From the NCBI GenBank assembly GCA_963842525.1, contig CAWJGT010000009.1, positions 1,248,001 to 1,312,000 on the forward strand: 64,000 nucleotides of DNA. Reading direction: 5' to 3'. The position numbers and the translations under genes are program-made. The notes below the pieces were generated by a model. It was not told the DNA's origin and did not search any database. It was given only the letters and a program-made list of their open reading frames with translations. Within the stretch, counting starts at the first letter, position 1, and the number at the start of each line of letters is the position of its first letter. The stretch is from an uncultured Holophagales bacterium. GTDB lineage: Bacteria > Acidobacteriota > Thermoanaerobaculia > Multivoradales > UBA5704. Below, in pieces: positions 52,176 to 62,962 of the stretch.

Positions 52176-52832
52176 ATGCAAAACATCCGCACCCTCGACG
52201 TCGACTCATCCCCGTTCCTGGGCCAGGGACTCTGCCGGGTGGTCGCCGACCTCGCCTCCCAGGGGTGGTGCCAGGGCACCGGAGGGAACTTCAGCGTCAC
52301 CCTCGGCCGCAAGCCGCTGCGGCTCCTGATCACCCGCTCCGGGGTGCACAAGCGCGAGCTGACGCCCGAGGAGCTGATGGTCGTCGGGCCCGGCGGGAGC
52401 GTCGTGGACGAGGAGGCCGGGACTCCTTCGGCCGAAGCTGCCCTGCACGCCGCCATCGTCGAGCGGACCGCCGCCGCCTCGGTGCTGCACGTCCATTCCG
52501 TGCCCAACACCCTGCTGAGCGAGCACTTCGCCGCGCGCGGCGGTCTCACCCTCGGAGGCTACGAGATGCTCAAGGGGCTGGACGGGATCACCAGCCATGA
52601 GGTGGAGGTCTTCGTCCCGGTGCTGCGCAACTCGCAGGACATGCCGGCCCTCGCGCAGGAGGTGTCCCATTTGCTCAGCCAGGAGCGGCGGATCTACGGC
52701 TTCCTCCTCGCCGGGCATGGCCTGTATACGTGGGGAAGCTCGCTCGACGACGCCCATCGGCACGTCGAGATCTTTGAATTTCTTTTTGAATGTGTCGCCC
52801 GGAGGATTGCTTTCGAACCATTCCTTGGATAA
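52176..52832 (+). CDS. mtnB: Methylthioribulose-1-phosphate dehydratase
   Basis: GTGGNFS, PSAEAALH, HVHS, GHGLYTWG. Confidence 0.92.
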   Translation: MQNIRTLDVDSSPFLGQGLCRVVADLASQGWCQGTGGNFSVTLGRKPLRLLITRSGVHKRELTPEELMVVGPGGSVVDEEAGTPSAEAALHAAIVERTAAASVLHVHSVPNTLLSEHFAARGGLTLGGYEMLKGLDGITSHEVEVFVPVLRNSQDMPALAQEVSHLLSQERRIYGFLLAGHGLYTWGSSLDDAHRHVEIFEFLFECVARRIAFEPFLG

Positions 52833-52850
52833 ATCCAGGAGGTAACCGTT

Positions 52851-53411
52851 ATGGCCACCGTCACGCTGCGGGATGAGAACCGGGCTCTCACCGAGCCGGC
52901 CGAGATCTCCGCCTTCCTCGCTCCCTTCGGGATCTGGTACCGCCGCTTCGAGGGCACGGACCAGCTCCCCGAGAGCCCCACGGACCAGGAGATCCTGGAC
53001 GCCTACAAAGAGCCCATCGACCGGCTCAAGGCCGAGGGCGGCTACGTCACCGCCGACGTCATCAACGTCCGGCCGGAGACCCCTGGGATCGAGGTGATGC
53101 TCGCCAAGTTCAACAAGGAGCACTGGCACGACGAGGACGAGGTCCGCTTCATCGTCCACGGCCGCGGCCTGTTTCACATCCATCCCCAGGAGGGGCCGGT
53201 CTTCAGCATCGAGGTCACCAAGGGCGACATGATCCGGGTGCCCCAGGGGACGCACCACTGGTTCGACCTCTGTTCCGACCGGACGATCCGGGCCGTGCGC
53301 CTGTTCCAGGACTCCTCCGGTTGGACGCCGCACTACACCGGCGTGGGCACGGAGACCGGCTACCAGCCCCTCTGCTTCGGACCGGTCTACATGCCGGCCC
53401 TGTTCCCCTGA
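52851..53411 (+). CDS. mtnD: Acireductone dioxygenase
   Basis: EHWHDEDEVRF, HWFD, RLFQDSSGW. Confidence 0.95.
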   Translation: MATVTLRDENRALTEPAEISAFLAPFGIWYRRFEGTDQLPESPTDQEILDAYKEPIDRLKAEGGYVTADVINVRPETPGIEVMLAKFNKEHWHDEDEVRFIVHGRGLFHIHPQEGPVFSIEVTKGDMIRVPQGTHHWFDLCSDRTIRAVRLFQDSSGWTPHYTGVGTETGYQPLCFGPVYMPALFP

Positions 53412-53419
53412 GAGGAACG

Positions 53420-54133
53420 GTGCATCTCCCGCCCGGCGTGCGCGCGGTCCTGACGGACATCGAAGGGACCACGACACCGCTCTCCTTCGTGCATGACGTC
53501 CTCTTCCCGTACGCCAGGCGGCGCCTCGACGCCGCCTGCGTCTCGGGAGAGCCGCGCTTCGCCGAGTCCCTCCGTCTCCTGCGGGAGGAATACGAGGCGG
53601 AGAAGCAGGCTGGTGCCGATCTACCGGCTTTCGGCGACGATGGGGACATCGCCCCCTATGCCCACTGGCTGATGGACCAGGACCGCAAGTCGACCGGCCT
53701 CAAGATGCTCCAGGGCATCCTCTGGCAGGACGGCTACCGCGCGGGCGAGCTGCAAGGTCAGGTTTGGCCCGACGTGGCCGAGGCCCTGCGCGCATGGAAG
53801 GAGCGGGGGATCCGCGCCCGGGTCTTCTCCTCCGGCAGCGTCCTCGCCCAGAAGCTCCTCTTCGGCCACAGCGACCAGGGAGACCTCCTCCCGTTTTTCG
53901 AAGGCTTTCACGACACCACCACCGGTCCCAAGCAGAAGCCCGCCGCCTACGCCGCCATCGCCGAGTCCTTCGGCCTCCCGCCCGGCGAGATCCTCTTCCT
54001 GAGCGACATCGTCGCCGAGCTCGACGCCGCCCGTGACGCCGGCATGCAGACCGGCTTCTTCACCCGTCCCGGCAACCGGCCGGCGGAGGCGGGGGAGCAT
54101 GCGGTTTATGGGAGCTTCAGGGAGCTGGTGTAG
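53420..54133 (+). CDS. mtnC: Enolase-phosphatase E1
   Basis: TDIEGTT, DVLFPYA, DRKSTGLKMLQG, FLSD. Confidence 0.93.
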   Translation: MHLPPGVRAVLTDIEGTTTPLSFVHDVLFPYARRRLDAACVSGEPRFAESLRLLREEYEAEKQAGADLPAFGDDGDIAPYAHWLMDQDRKSTGLKMLQGILWQDGYRAGELQGQVWPDVAEALRAWKERGIRARVFSSGSVLAQKLLFGHSDQGDLLPFFEGFHDTTTGPKQKPAAYAAIAESFGLPPGEILFLSDIVAELDAARDAGMQTGFFTRPGNRPAEAGEHAVYGSFRELV

Positions 54134-54491
54134 GACGGCCTACCACCGCCAGCCCCTCGCCCGCGGCGAAGGCGGCCGGCAGCTCCGGGAGCGCGGCCAC
54201 GATGCAACGGAGATCATGTCCGGGAACAAAGATGAGGGCAACAGCCGCGATCCAGAGAGCCTCTTCGAGCTCTGTGAAGAAGAGGGTATAGGGGAAGCGA
54301 CGAACGAGAGCTTTTCGAGTGGCCCGCCGATCGTACAGAGGGAACTCCCGCGGATTCCGTTGCATCCGCAGAACCGTGGTCTCTACCTCGATCCGGAGCT
54401 CGCGGCCGAGCCCCGGCCTCTCGGCTTCGTAGTGCGCGACAGCTTCTTGGAGCTCGGCTTCAGCTTCCGAATGGAAGATGACGGGCTTCAC
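54117..54491 (-). pseudogene. RelE/ParE-family toxin with an aberrant C-terminus
   Basis: FHSEAEAELQEAVAHYE...GLG...RRFPY...IAAVA; the usual HxxRxPGYW ending is absent. Confidence 0.65.
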
Positions 54492-54715
54492 GGATAGCGT
54501 TCGCGAAGCTCGGCGAAGACCTGTTCCGCTGGCCTGCCGGATGCTCGCCCGCCCTGGATCTCGTCCACACGCTTGGCGACCTCCGCATCCCACGCAGCAG
54601 CCGCCTCGATATCCTCGGGTTCCAGGGACTGGAGGAGGATGTAGGCGAGCTCAGCCCGCTCTGCTTGAGAAAGCTGCTCGGCTTGAGATTTGATCCTCTT
54701 GAAGACCTCGGTCAT
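54488..54715 (-). CDS. Addiction-module antitoxin
   Basis: LSQAERAELA..LLQSL...AWDAEVAKR; GTGA overlap with the toxin. Confidence 0.85.
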   Translation of the reverse strand: MTEVFKRIKSQAEQLSQAERAELAYILLQSLEPEDIEAAAAWDAEVAKRVDEIQGGRASGRPAEQVFAELRERYP

Positions 54716-54879
54716 GGTGTCTCTCCATCTTCCTATTCTCTCACAATCTTCCCCGAAAAGACGACTGCTGCAACCCTCTGAACATTCCGCCCGCCCCGGG
54801 GTCTAGGGACCCTTCAGAACCGCACCCGTCGCGAGGACCTGCTCAGGCCGGCGAGCCGAGGTGCGGAAGGAGGGTTTCC

Positions 54880-55449
54880 ATGCGCAAGAATTTCGTCATC
54901 CTCGTCCTTTGTCTTCTGGTCTGTGCCGGCTGTTCGGTTAACCTCGGCCACAACCCGCTGCAGCCGGTCTCCCAGGGCCGGACCGGCGAGGTCCTGGTCA
55001 AGCAGAGTGCCGACGGCATGTCCAACCGGATCGGATGGGGGACCTTTACCGCCTTTGCCATCCCGGTGGCGCGGGTGACCGTGGACGGCAAGGCGGACGA
55101 AGGCCTCATGCTTCAGATCAAGTCGGGGCTGGAGCACATGGGCTACTCGGTGCGGGTGGTGCCCGACGAGTCCCAGGCCGCCGGCCTGCCGGTCGTCACC
55201 TGCCGCGTCAACAAGTTCAAGTTCCGCAACTACACCTGGTTCTTCCCCCTGGTCTTCAACTGGGGAAAGATCGACGTCGACATGACCCTCGCTTCAGGCG
55301 ACGGTCCGGTCTGGCAGAAGAACATCGTCGGCAAGGCGAGCGGCTTCTACAGCTTCGAGAAGACCGTCAACAAGGCGCTGACCCGGGTCCTCGACCAGAT
55401 GGTCCAGGAGATGAGCGCGGCGCCAGTGAAGACCGCGGCCGGCTCCTGA
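54880..55449 (+). CDS. Hypothetical lipoprotein
   Basis: CAGC lipobox; GC3-rich codons. Confidence 0.75.
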   Translation: MRKNFVILVLCLLVCAGCSVNLGHNPLQPVSQGRTGEVLVKQSADGMSNRIGWGTFTAFAIPVARVTVDGKADEGLMLQIKSGLEHMGYSVRVVPDESQAAGLPVVTCRVNKFKFRNYTWFFPLVFNWGKIDVDMTLASGDGPVWQKNIVGKASGFYSFEKTVNKALTRVLDQMVQEMSAAPVKTAAGS

Positions 55450-55543
55450 GGCTTGCACCGCCTCGGCGTGAGAGCCTCGCGCCGAGGCGGCCCCCCGCCT
55501 GAGCCTCCCCGCCGCGAATCTTCCTCGCCTCCGACACAGGGGC

Positions 55544-55589
55544 TTGACAGCCACCTGCGACATCTGTAGCATGCTACATATGTCGCAGG
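55544..55589 (+). promoter_or_regulatory. Promoter overlapped by a 36-bp palindromic BlaI-type operator
   Basis: TTGACA-N17-TAGCAT; palindrome cctgcgacatctgtagcatgctacatatgtcgcagg (55554-55589) contains two ACA-N2-TGT boxes. Confidence 0.85.
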
Positions 55590-55599
55590 GAGCTACGGA

Positions 55600-55995
55600 A
55601 TGGCACGATTGACCGGACAGGAGCTGAGCCGCCGCGAGCGGCAGATCCTGGACGCGCTCTTCGAGCTTGGAGAGGCGTCGGCGGAGGAGGTGCGGCAGCG
55701 GTTGCCGGACCCGCCGAGCTATTCGGCGGTGCGGGTGATGCTGACGCGGCTGGAGAAGAAGGGCGCCGTGCGCCACCGCGAGGAGGGGCTGCGCTACATC
55801 TATGCCCCGGCGGTCTCCAAGGCCCGGGAGCGCCGCTCCGCCCTCTCCCGGCTGGTCCGCACGTTCTTCGGCGGCTCGACCGCCGAAGCCATCACGGCCC
55901 TCCTCGACACCGCGGAGGACCTCTCGGACGAAGAGCTCGACCGGCTGGTCGCCGCCATCGAAGACACCAAAGAGAAGCGGAAGGAGGATGCATGA
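55600..55995 (+). CDS. BlaI/MecI/CopY-family repressor
   Basis: LSRRERQILDAL, PSYSAVR, RLEKKG, TFFGGS. Confidence 0.93.
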   Translation: MARLTGQELSRRERQILDALFELGEASAEEVRQRLPDPPSYSAVRVMLTRLEKKGAVRHREEGLRYIYAPAVSKARERRSALSRLVRTFFGGSTAEAITALLDTAEDLSDEELDRLVAAIEDTKEKRKEDA

Positions 55996-57711
55996 GCCCC
56001 CAGACGTTCGCACTGGAAATCCCGTCGATGGCCCTTGAAGTCGCGGTGAAGGGAGCCTTGATCGCCCTTGCCGCTCTGGCTGCGGTCGTCGTCCTGCGCC
56101 GCGCGTCGGCCGCCAGCCGGCACCTGGTGCTCGCACTGACCACGGCCGCCCTGCTGCTGCTGCCGTTGCTGGCGGCAGTTGTTCCGTCCCGCGAGATCGC
56201 GGTCCTGCCGGAAGTCTCGAATGAGCCGGCGGCCGTGACCGTCGTGGGCCCGGTCAAGGAGGCTCCCGAGCCCGTCCCTGGAGGCCGTGGCCCCACCTGT
56301 CGTAGCCACCCCGGCGAGGCAGAGCCTCCCTGCCAACCTTCCGGCCGCGGTCGTCCTCGCCCTTCTGGCGCTGGCGGTCTCGGGGCTGCTCCTGGCGCGC
56401 CTGCTCCTGGCGATGCGACGGCTCGCCGGGCTCGCGGCCGACTCTGTCCCCGCGTCCCCTGAGTGGCTGCGGCTCCTCGACGAGCAGCGGCAGCGGTTTG
56501 GGATCGCGCAAGCGGTGCGCCTCGGCATCTCCGCGGCGGTCGCCGTGCCGGTCACGTTTGGCTGGCGGCGTCCCGTGGTGCTGATGCCGGAGGCAGCCCG
56601 CGGCTGGGGTGACGAGCAGCTCCGCGAGGTCCTGGTCCACGAGCTCGCCCATGTGCGGCGGCGCGACTGGCTGCTGCAATTGGCCGCCCGTTTCGCTTGT
56701 GCCCTCCACTGGTTCAATCCCCTGGTCTGGCTGCTCTCGCGGCGGCTGCGGCTGGAGGCCGAGCTCGCGTGCGACGACCAGGTGCTGCGGGCCGGCGCGG
56801 GCGCCACGGGGTATGCGGAACGACTGGTGGTCCTCGCCCGGCAGGTCCGGAACGCGGCGCGCCATCCCTCGATGGCCACGGCCATCGCCCGCCCGTCCGG
56901 CCTGGCGAGCCGGGTCACGGCCCTCCTCGACCCTGAGCGCCGCCGTGGCGGGCCCGGCCGCCTCACCATCGCCGGGGCTGTGGCAGCAGCCTTGTTGCTG
57001 CTGGCGTTGGTCGTCCCCGCGCACCTGGTGCGGGCGGAGACCAAGTACGAGCGGGACGTACGGCTGGGCGCGCAGAGAGGGGTCGCGGACGGCGTGCGGG
57101 GTGGCGTCGAGGGCGGTGTTCGGGGAGGCGTCGAAGGTGGCGTGCAAGGAGGCGTCGAGGGAGGCGTGCAGGGCGGCGTTCTCGACGGGATCGAGCAAGG
57201 GAAGCAGGAGGCCCTGATCGAGGCCGCGGAGCACGGAGATCTCGAGTCCGTCCGCTTTCTCCTGGAGAAGGGCGCCGATCCTAACGGGGCTGTCCTGGGC
57301 GACGGCTCGCCCCTCATCGCCGCCGCTGGGAAGGGGAGCCAGGACATCGTCGAGCTGCTGCTGGAGAAGGGCGCCCGCCTTGATCTCGCCGTACCCGGGG
57401 ATGGCAGCCCTCTCATCGCGGCAGCAGCAGCAGGGCGGGTCGCCGTCGTCCAGCAGCTCCTCGCCGCCGGCGCCACCGTGGACCTCGTGGTCCCGGGCGA
57501 CGAAAACCCGCTGATCCAGGCCTCGGCCAACGGCCGGCTGGAGGTGGTGCGTATACTGCTCGATGCCGGTGCTGATCCCAATATGCGGGTGGTGGAAGAC
57601 CGTTCCCCTGCCCATCCAAAAGGCGACCTGCGCACGCCGTTGCGCATGGCGCGCCGCGGGGGCCATGAGGCCGTGGTGCGGCTCCTCCAGGAGCGCGGAG
57701 CCAGGGAATAG
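55992..57711 (+). CDS. M56 (BlaR1-like) metallopeptidase with GGVxGGV linker and ankyrin repeats; frameshift at about 56285
   Basis: HELAHVRRRD, HWFNPLVW, ELACDD; ankyrin GDGSPLIAAA repeats. Confidence 0.88.
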
Positions 57712-57718
57712 AGGAACC

Positions 57719-59980
57719 ATGACAGCATATCGAATCCGGAGGGCGCCGGCCGCCCTCCTCGCCTTCACTCTGTCTCTTGGAGGCGCCGTTGCCGGCCGCG
57801 CCCAGACGCCCTTGCCGAGCCCCGAGGCTCCTCCGGCACGCCTTCAGGTCTCCCGGGCCACCTCGCCGGTCCATGTCGACGGCACCCTGGAGGAGCCGGC
57901 CTGGCAGGGGGCCACGGCCATCCCACTCCCGTACGAGTGGTACCCCGGCGACAACGTCCCGGCGCCGGTGACCACGACCGCCTTCGTCACCTATGACGAC
58001 GAGCATTTCTACGTGGCCTTCCGGGCCACCGACCCGGAGCCCTCGAAGATCCGCGCCCGCTTTGCCGACCGGGACGGCGCCGGCGTCGACGACACGGTCG
58101 GATTCATGATCGATCCGTTCCACGACGGCCGCCGGGCCTTCCAGTTCAGGGTCAACCCCGCGGGTGTGCAGATGGACGCCGTCAACTCCGACGTCGAGGG
58201 GACCGAGGACTTCTCCTGGGATGCCATCTGGGAGTCCGCTGCCCGCATCACCGCCGAGGGCTACGAGGTGGAGATCGCGATCCCCTTCCGCCAGCTCCGC
58301 TTCCCGGCCTCCGGGCTCCCCCAGACCTGGGGCTTCATGGCGATGCGGGATTGGCCCCGCTCGTTGCGCCACCGCCTGCGCTCCATCTTGACCGACCAGG
58401 ACCGCAACTGCCTGGTCTGCCAGCTCCAGGAGCTCGCCGGGTTCGAGCGGATGGAGACCGGCCGCAACCTGGAGATCGCTCCCACCATCACCGGCAGCCG
58501 GTCCGAGGAGAGGGCCGGAGAGACGCTGGGTTCTTTCGAGACCGGCGACGAGCAGTTGGAGCCAGGCGTCTCTGCCCGCTGGGGCATCACTCCCAACGTC
58601 TCCCTGAACGCCACCATCAACCCCGATTTCTCGCAGGTCGAAGCCGACGCGGCCCAGCTCGACGTCAACGAGCGCTTCGCCCTCTTCTTCCCGGAAAAGC
58701 GTCCGTTCTTTCTGGAAGGGGCGGACTTCTTCGAGACCCAATTCCCCCTGGTCTTCACCCGCACCGTGGCCGATCCGGTCGCCGGGATCAAGATCACGGG
58801 CAAACAGGATGCTCACGCCTTCGGCGGCTTCTTCGCCCAGGACCGGATCAACAACCTGATCCTTCCCGGGGCGCAGTCCTCGCGCCTCACCTCTCTCGAC
58901 CAGGACGTCACCAGCGGGGTGCTGCGCTACCGGCGCGACCTGGGGAAGACCTCGACCCTGGGAGCATTGTGGACCGGGCGGGAAGCCGAGGACTACCGCA
59001 ACCACGTAGGTGGGCTCGACGGCGTCTACCGTTTCACCGACAGCGACGTCCTGCGCTACCAGCTCGCCGGCTCCACCACCCGCTATCCGGACGCCTTGGC
59101 CAGCCAGACCGGAGAGCCCGCAGGGAGCTTCGAGGGGCACGCCCTCTCCATGACCTACCGGCATGGGGATCGAAACTGGAGCTGGTCCGGCAGCTATCAG
59201 GAGCTCGCCCCCGAATTCCGGGGAGACAGCGGCTTCGTCAACCGCGTGGGGGTGCGGAGCGGCAGCGCCTGGGCGGAACGGCGCATCCGGGGCGGGGAGA
59301 AGAGCTGGTTCTCGAACCTCTATCTCTTCGCCGGCGTCGACGGCACCCGCGAGTACGACGGCGCCTTCAACGAATGGGGCTCGGACTTCGTGCTCACCTA
59401 CAACGGGCCGCGGCAGAGCGCCGCCAACCTCGGCGTCGCGCCGAACCAGGAGCACTTCCAGGGCGTCACCTATCACAATACCCGCTACAGCGCCTCGGCG
59501 CAGATCCAGCCCACGGGCGACTCGGAGCTGAGCCTGTCCGTGCGCTGGGGAGAGGCCATCGATTTCGCCAACAACCGGCAGGCGGACTTCGTCACCATCA
59601 CCCCGAGCCTGAGCCTCAAGCTGGGCCGCCGCCTCCAGGGCACGCTCGATTGGACCCGCCAGACCTTCGACGTCGCGGGCGGGCGCCTCTTCACCGTCGA
59701 CCTCACGCAGACCCGCCTCTTCTATCACTTCAACAACCGGAGCTTCCTGCGCGCGATCCTGCAATACGAGCAGTTGGACCGCGACCCGGCCCTCTACACC
59801 GTGCCCGTGGACCGCACACGGGACGAGCTGCTGTCCCAACTCCTCTTCTCCTACCGCCTGAACGCCCAGACCGTCCTCCTGGTGGGCTATTCGGACAACC
59901 ACCTGGGTCTCGACACGGTCGATCTCACGCAGACCGACCGCACGGTCTTCCTGAAGCTCGGCTACGCGTTCCTGCTGTAG
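57719..59980 (+). CDS. CBM9-like/DUF5916 outer-membrane protein
   Basis: Signal peptide, VDGTLEEPAW, NPDFSQVEAD, PEKRPFFLEG, terminal FLKLGYAF. Confidence 0.85.
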   Translation: MTAYRIRRAPAALLAFTLSLGGAVAGRAQTPLPSPEAPPARLQVSRATSPVHVDGTLEEPAWQGATAIPLPYEWYPGDNVPAPVTTTAFVTYDDEHFYVAFRATDPEPSKIRARFADRDGAGVDDTVGFMIDPFHDGRRAFQFRVNPAGVQMDAVNSDVEGTEDFSWDAIWESAARITAEGYEVEIAIPFRQLRFPASGLPQTWGFMAMRDWPRSLRHRLRSILTDQDRNCLVCQLQELAGFERMETGRNLEIAPTITGSRSEERAGETLGSFETGDEQLEPGVSARWGITPNVSLNATINPDFSQVEADAAQLDVNERFALFFPEKRPFFLEGADFFETQFPLVFTRTVADPVAGIKITGKQDAHAFGGFFAQDRINNLILPGAQSSRLTSLDQDVTSGVLRYRRDLGKTSTLGALWTGREAEDYRNHVGGLDGVYRFTDSDVLRYQLAGSTTRYPDALASQTGEPAGSFEGHALSMTYRHGDRNWSWSGSYQELAPEFRGDSGFVNRVGVRSGSAWAERRIRGGEKSWFSNLYLFAGVDGTREYDGAFNEWGSDFVLTYNGPRQSAANLGVAPNQEHFQGVTYHNTRYSASAQIQPTGDSELSLSVRWGEAIDFANNRQADFVTITPSLSLKLGRRLQGTLDWTRQTFDVAGGRLFTVDLTQTRLFYHFNNRSFLRAILQYEQLDRDPALYTVPVDRTRDELLSQLLFSYRLNAQTVLLVGYSDNHLGLDTVDLTQTDRTVFLKLGYAFLL

Positions 59981-60032
59981 GACATGGGATCGGAATAAGC
60001 GGCGCGCGGCCGGCCCCGGGCCGCCGACGACA

Positions 60033-60270
60033 TCACATTCCATCTGCCGGCGCGGCGGCCGGGAAGTCAGGGCAGGTACTGCGGTAGCTCTCGTTGCCGA
60101 GATTCTGGTTCCACTCGTCGCGCGTGAGGTTGCGGCCGGCCATGCGGCAGGCAAGGTCGCGCAGCTCGTCGAGGTGCAGGCGCCAGCGGCGGACGGTGCC
60201 GTCGGCGCTGCCGGTGAAGAGGAAGCGGCTCTCCGGATCGAAGGCCAGAGTCTGGACGGCGCCGGAGCGA
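60033..60270 (-). pseudogene. C-terminal fragment of a WD40-repeat protein
   Basis: LFTGSADGTVRRW followed by ACRMAGRNLTRDEW...YRSTCP; no upstream body. Confidence 0.7.
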
Positions 60271-60274
60271 TCGG

Positions 60275-61981
60275 AAGATCGGGCAGTAAGCCCGGTGGTT
60301 CCCGGCCGGCCGGCAGCTTTCCAGGTAGTGATTGGAAGAGGGGGCGGCCTAAGGGTGGACCTGGCAGTCCTGACACTGGAATTCAACAAAAAAGTCCTTC
60401 CGCTCGACGGCTTCGAGCAGGACGGCACTGCCTTCACCAAAACCCTTGACATCGCGGCGCGCGAGGAGAGACTTCCGATCGCCGTCACCATCGACCCTGG
60501 AGAACGAGGCCAGCTTGAGGTCACCGCTTCGATCGAAGCGCCGGCCGGGTTCGTAGATCCGCAGCTCGAAAACAACAGCGTGACGCTGGACGCTGGCTCT
60601 CTCACACCCGTGGTGAACTTCGAGGTCACGGTCAGCTCTGGCCCAACCTGGGTGCCGGGGACGCGAGTCACCTACACGGTAACGGTCCATTCTAAGGGCC
60701 CAAGCTCCCTGCGCAACGTCACCCTGACGAACACCTTCGATCCGCCGCGGAATGCCAGGATCGTTGAAAGCCTGCCTGGGAGCATTGCGGAAATCCGGCC
60801 TAGGAGCACTGACCAATTCAAGGTGGTTGCGGCGATTGTGCAGACCGCAGTTGGAAACCTGAGCTACACGGCGAAAGCCAGCTCGGAGGGACGGTCAAGC
60901 TCGGCGACCTCCACGAAGCTTCTCAAGCCGAAGGTCGACGTCGCAGCCAACTTCATAAAAACTCCATCGATGCGATACCAGGCAATCTCCTCCCGGTGAC
61001 CTACGAGCTTCGAGTGACGAACAAGAACGGCCCGAGCGCCGCGCTCGGTGCCAAGGTTGAAGTCCTTTTCCCTCCCATGCTTACTACCGTTCACTGGACC
61101 TGCATGGCCAAGCAGCAGGCATCTTGCATCAGCGACCAATCCCTCGGCACGGGAAGCTCAGGGAGATGGCAACATTGCTTCAACAGTGGATCTCTTGCGG
61201 GGCGACCAAGGAGAGCTGCGCTACACAATCCAGGGCCGGATTCCAGCGGACGTGGTCAAGGACTTCTCCTTCGGTGCTTCCGTAAGCTTTCTCGGGAGCG
61301 TCACCACCACTCCCGAGAAGATGACGACCACGGTTCATCCTACGGCGGATCTCTCTGTTGCGATGAGTGACCTGAACGTCATCCCAGGCAGTCCCCTACC
61401 CGCGACCTTTACGATTCAGGTTGCCAACGCTGGACCGAGCGATGCGCGGAGAGTGAAAGTCACCACCGACGCTCCCCCGCGCAGCCTTACCGCAGTGACC
61501 TGGACCTGCGCGGCCCTCAACGGCTCGTGCACGCCGAGCGGAACTGTAAGAATCGACGACGATATCAATCTCCGCGCGGGCGGCTCTGCGACCTACACTC
61601 TCCGCGTCGTCGCCGACCCCGGCGCCCGTGGGAAATCGAAATTACAAGGCGATGGTCGAGACACCCGAGCCCCTCAACGGGGAGGCCAGGCTGACAGACC
61701 CCAGGCCCGACAACAACAAACGCACGACGGTGATCCGCTTCACTCCCGTGGCAGACCTGGCCATCACAGTGACCGACGGCCAGACGACCGCCGTCCCCGG
61801 CAATCCACTTCCGCTCGTCTACACGATCCGTGTCACCAATGGCGGGCCGAGCGACGTGCATGGCGCAACAGTGGTTGACACATTCCCATCCCAACTCACC
61901 CGGGTCTCCTGGACCTGCGAAGCCCTCCGCGGTTCCTGCGCGCCTTCCGGCCAGGGAAACATCAACGACTCGATCAGTTAG
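60275..61981 (+). pseudogene. DUF11-repeat surface protein fragment, frameshifted
   Basis: Repeated YTIRVTNGGPSD, VANAGPSDA, VTWTC and ADLAI motifs across frames; no clear start; abrupt stop. Confidence 0.7.
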
Positions 61982-62014
61982 ACGGCAGTAGAAGTACCAC
62001 CGTGAGCAACTGGG

Positions 62015-62296
62015 TGGTGTGGGGGAGGTCGTTGCGAAAAGCCGCGGTAGTGGTAACGGCGAGAGTGTTGCGGGCGAGACGCCCGCGGTCCCAGGGGGTG
62101 GCGATGTCAGCAGGGTGAAGGCCGGCGGGCTTTTCCCTGGGACCGCGGGCGTCTCGCCCGCTCTCCTCTCACCAACCTTCACGTTACCGTCCCCTGTCTC
62201 CACTCCGGCCAAGCCAGGTTTGGTGGCGTGGGGGAGGTCGTTGCGAAAGCCCAGCGGTAGTGGGAACGGTGAGTGTGTTGCGGGCGGGACGCCCGC
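62015..62296. repeat. REP family B cluster downstream of the RAYT gene
   Basis: gcgggcgagacgcccgcggtcccaggg at 62070, inverted copy at 62135-62161, third copy at 62280; ~75-bp direct repeat (62015 vs 62222). Confidence 0.85.
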
Positions 62297-62303
62297 CTTC
62301 TTC

Positions 62304-62960
62304 CTACCGTTCCCGTTCCCCTGCACTGCTCCATCGCCACTCCTCCGGCGTCGCAACCAGCCCCGCCTTGACCGGATTGTCTTCAACATAGGCAATCACA
62401 CGGGCCAGGTGGTCATCGTCGCGGACGAACCGATCGTAGTAATCCTCCATCCAAAACACGCCGGAACGGCCGAGCACATCGTTGGCCGCTTTCGCGGTGT
62501 AGGATTTCCAGGAGTGGACGATTGTATCGAGTGGATAGCCTTCCACGCATTCGCAGACGACGTGGGCGTGATTGGGCATGATGCACCAGGCCAGCAGCCG
62601 ATAGCGTTCCCCATCGAAGTGGAGGAGAGCGTCTTCGACGAGCCTGGCGATCCTGGCCCGGCGGAGCCAGCACTGGCCGTGGCCGGCGTCTTCATAACGG
62701 TCCAGCCGGCGGCGGAGTGCGATGGCGGCGCGATCGGTTGCGGGAAGCCCTTCGCGCCAGCCAAGCTCTTTCCTCCAGCGTTCGATCAGGTCGGAGGGCA
62801 CGGAATCGTGCAGGCGAATGGTGATGCTCTGGAACAAGCCGGGCTGATCGACGTGGGGGAGGTAGCCGCGAGAATGCCAGCCCTTGTGGGGATGGGAAGG
62901 ATGTTGCGGGCGAGACGCCCGCGGTCCCAGGGGTGGTTCCGGGGGAGGCTTCTCGAGCAC
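62304..62960 (-). mobile_element. REP-associated tyrosine transposase (RAYT, Y1 HUH family)
   Basis: WHSRGYLPH, ITIRL, WCIMPNHAH (HUH), WKSYTA, FWMEDYYDRFVR, YVEDNPVKAGL, WRWSSA. The start is uncertain. Confidence 0.9.
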
Positions 62961-62962
62961 GC

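Noticed and set aside
57413-60376. 987-aa minus-strand ORF
   Set aside because: Antisense shadow of the DUF5916 gene.
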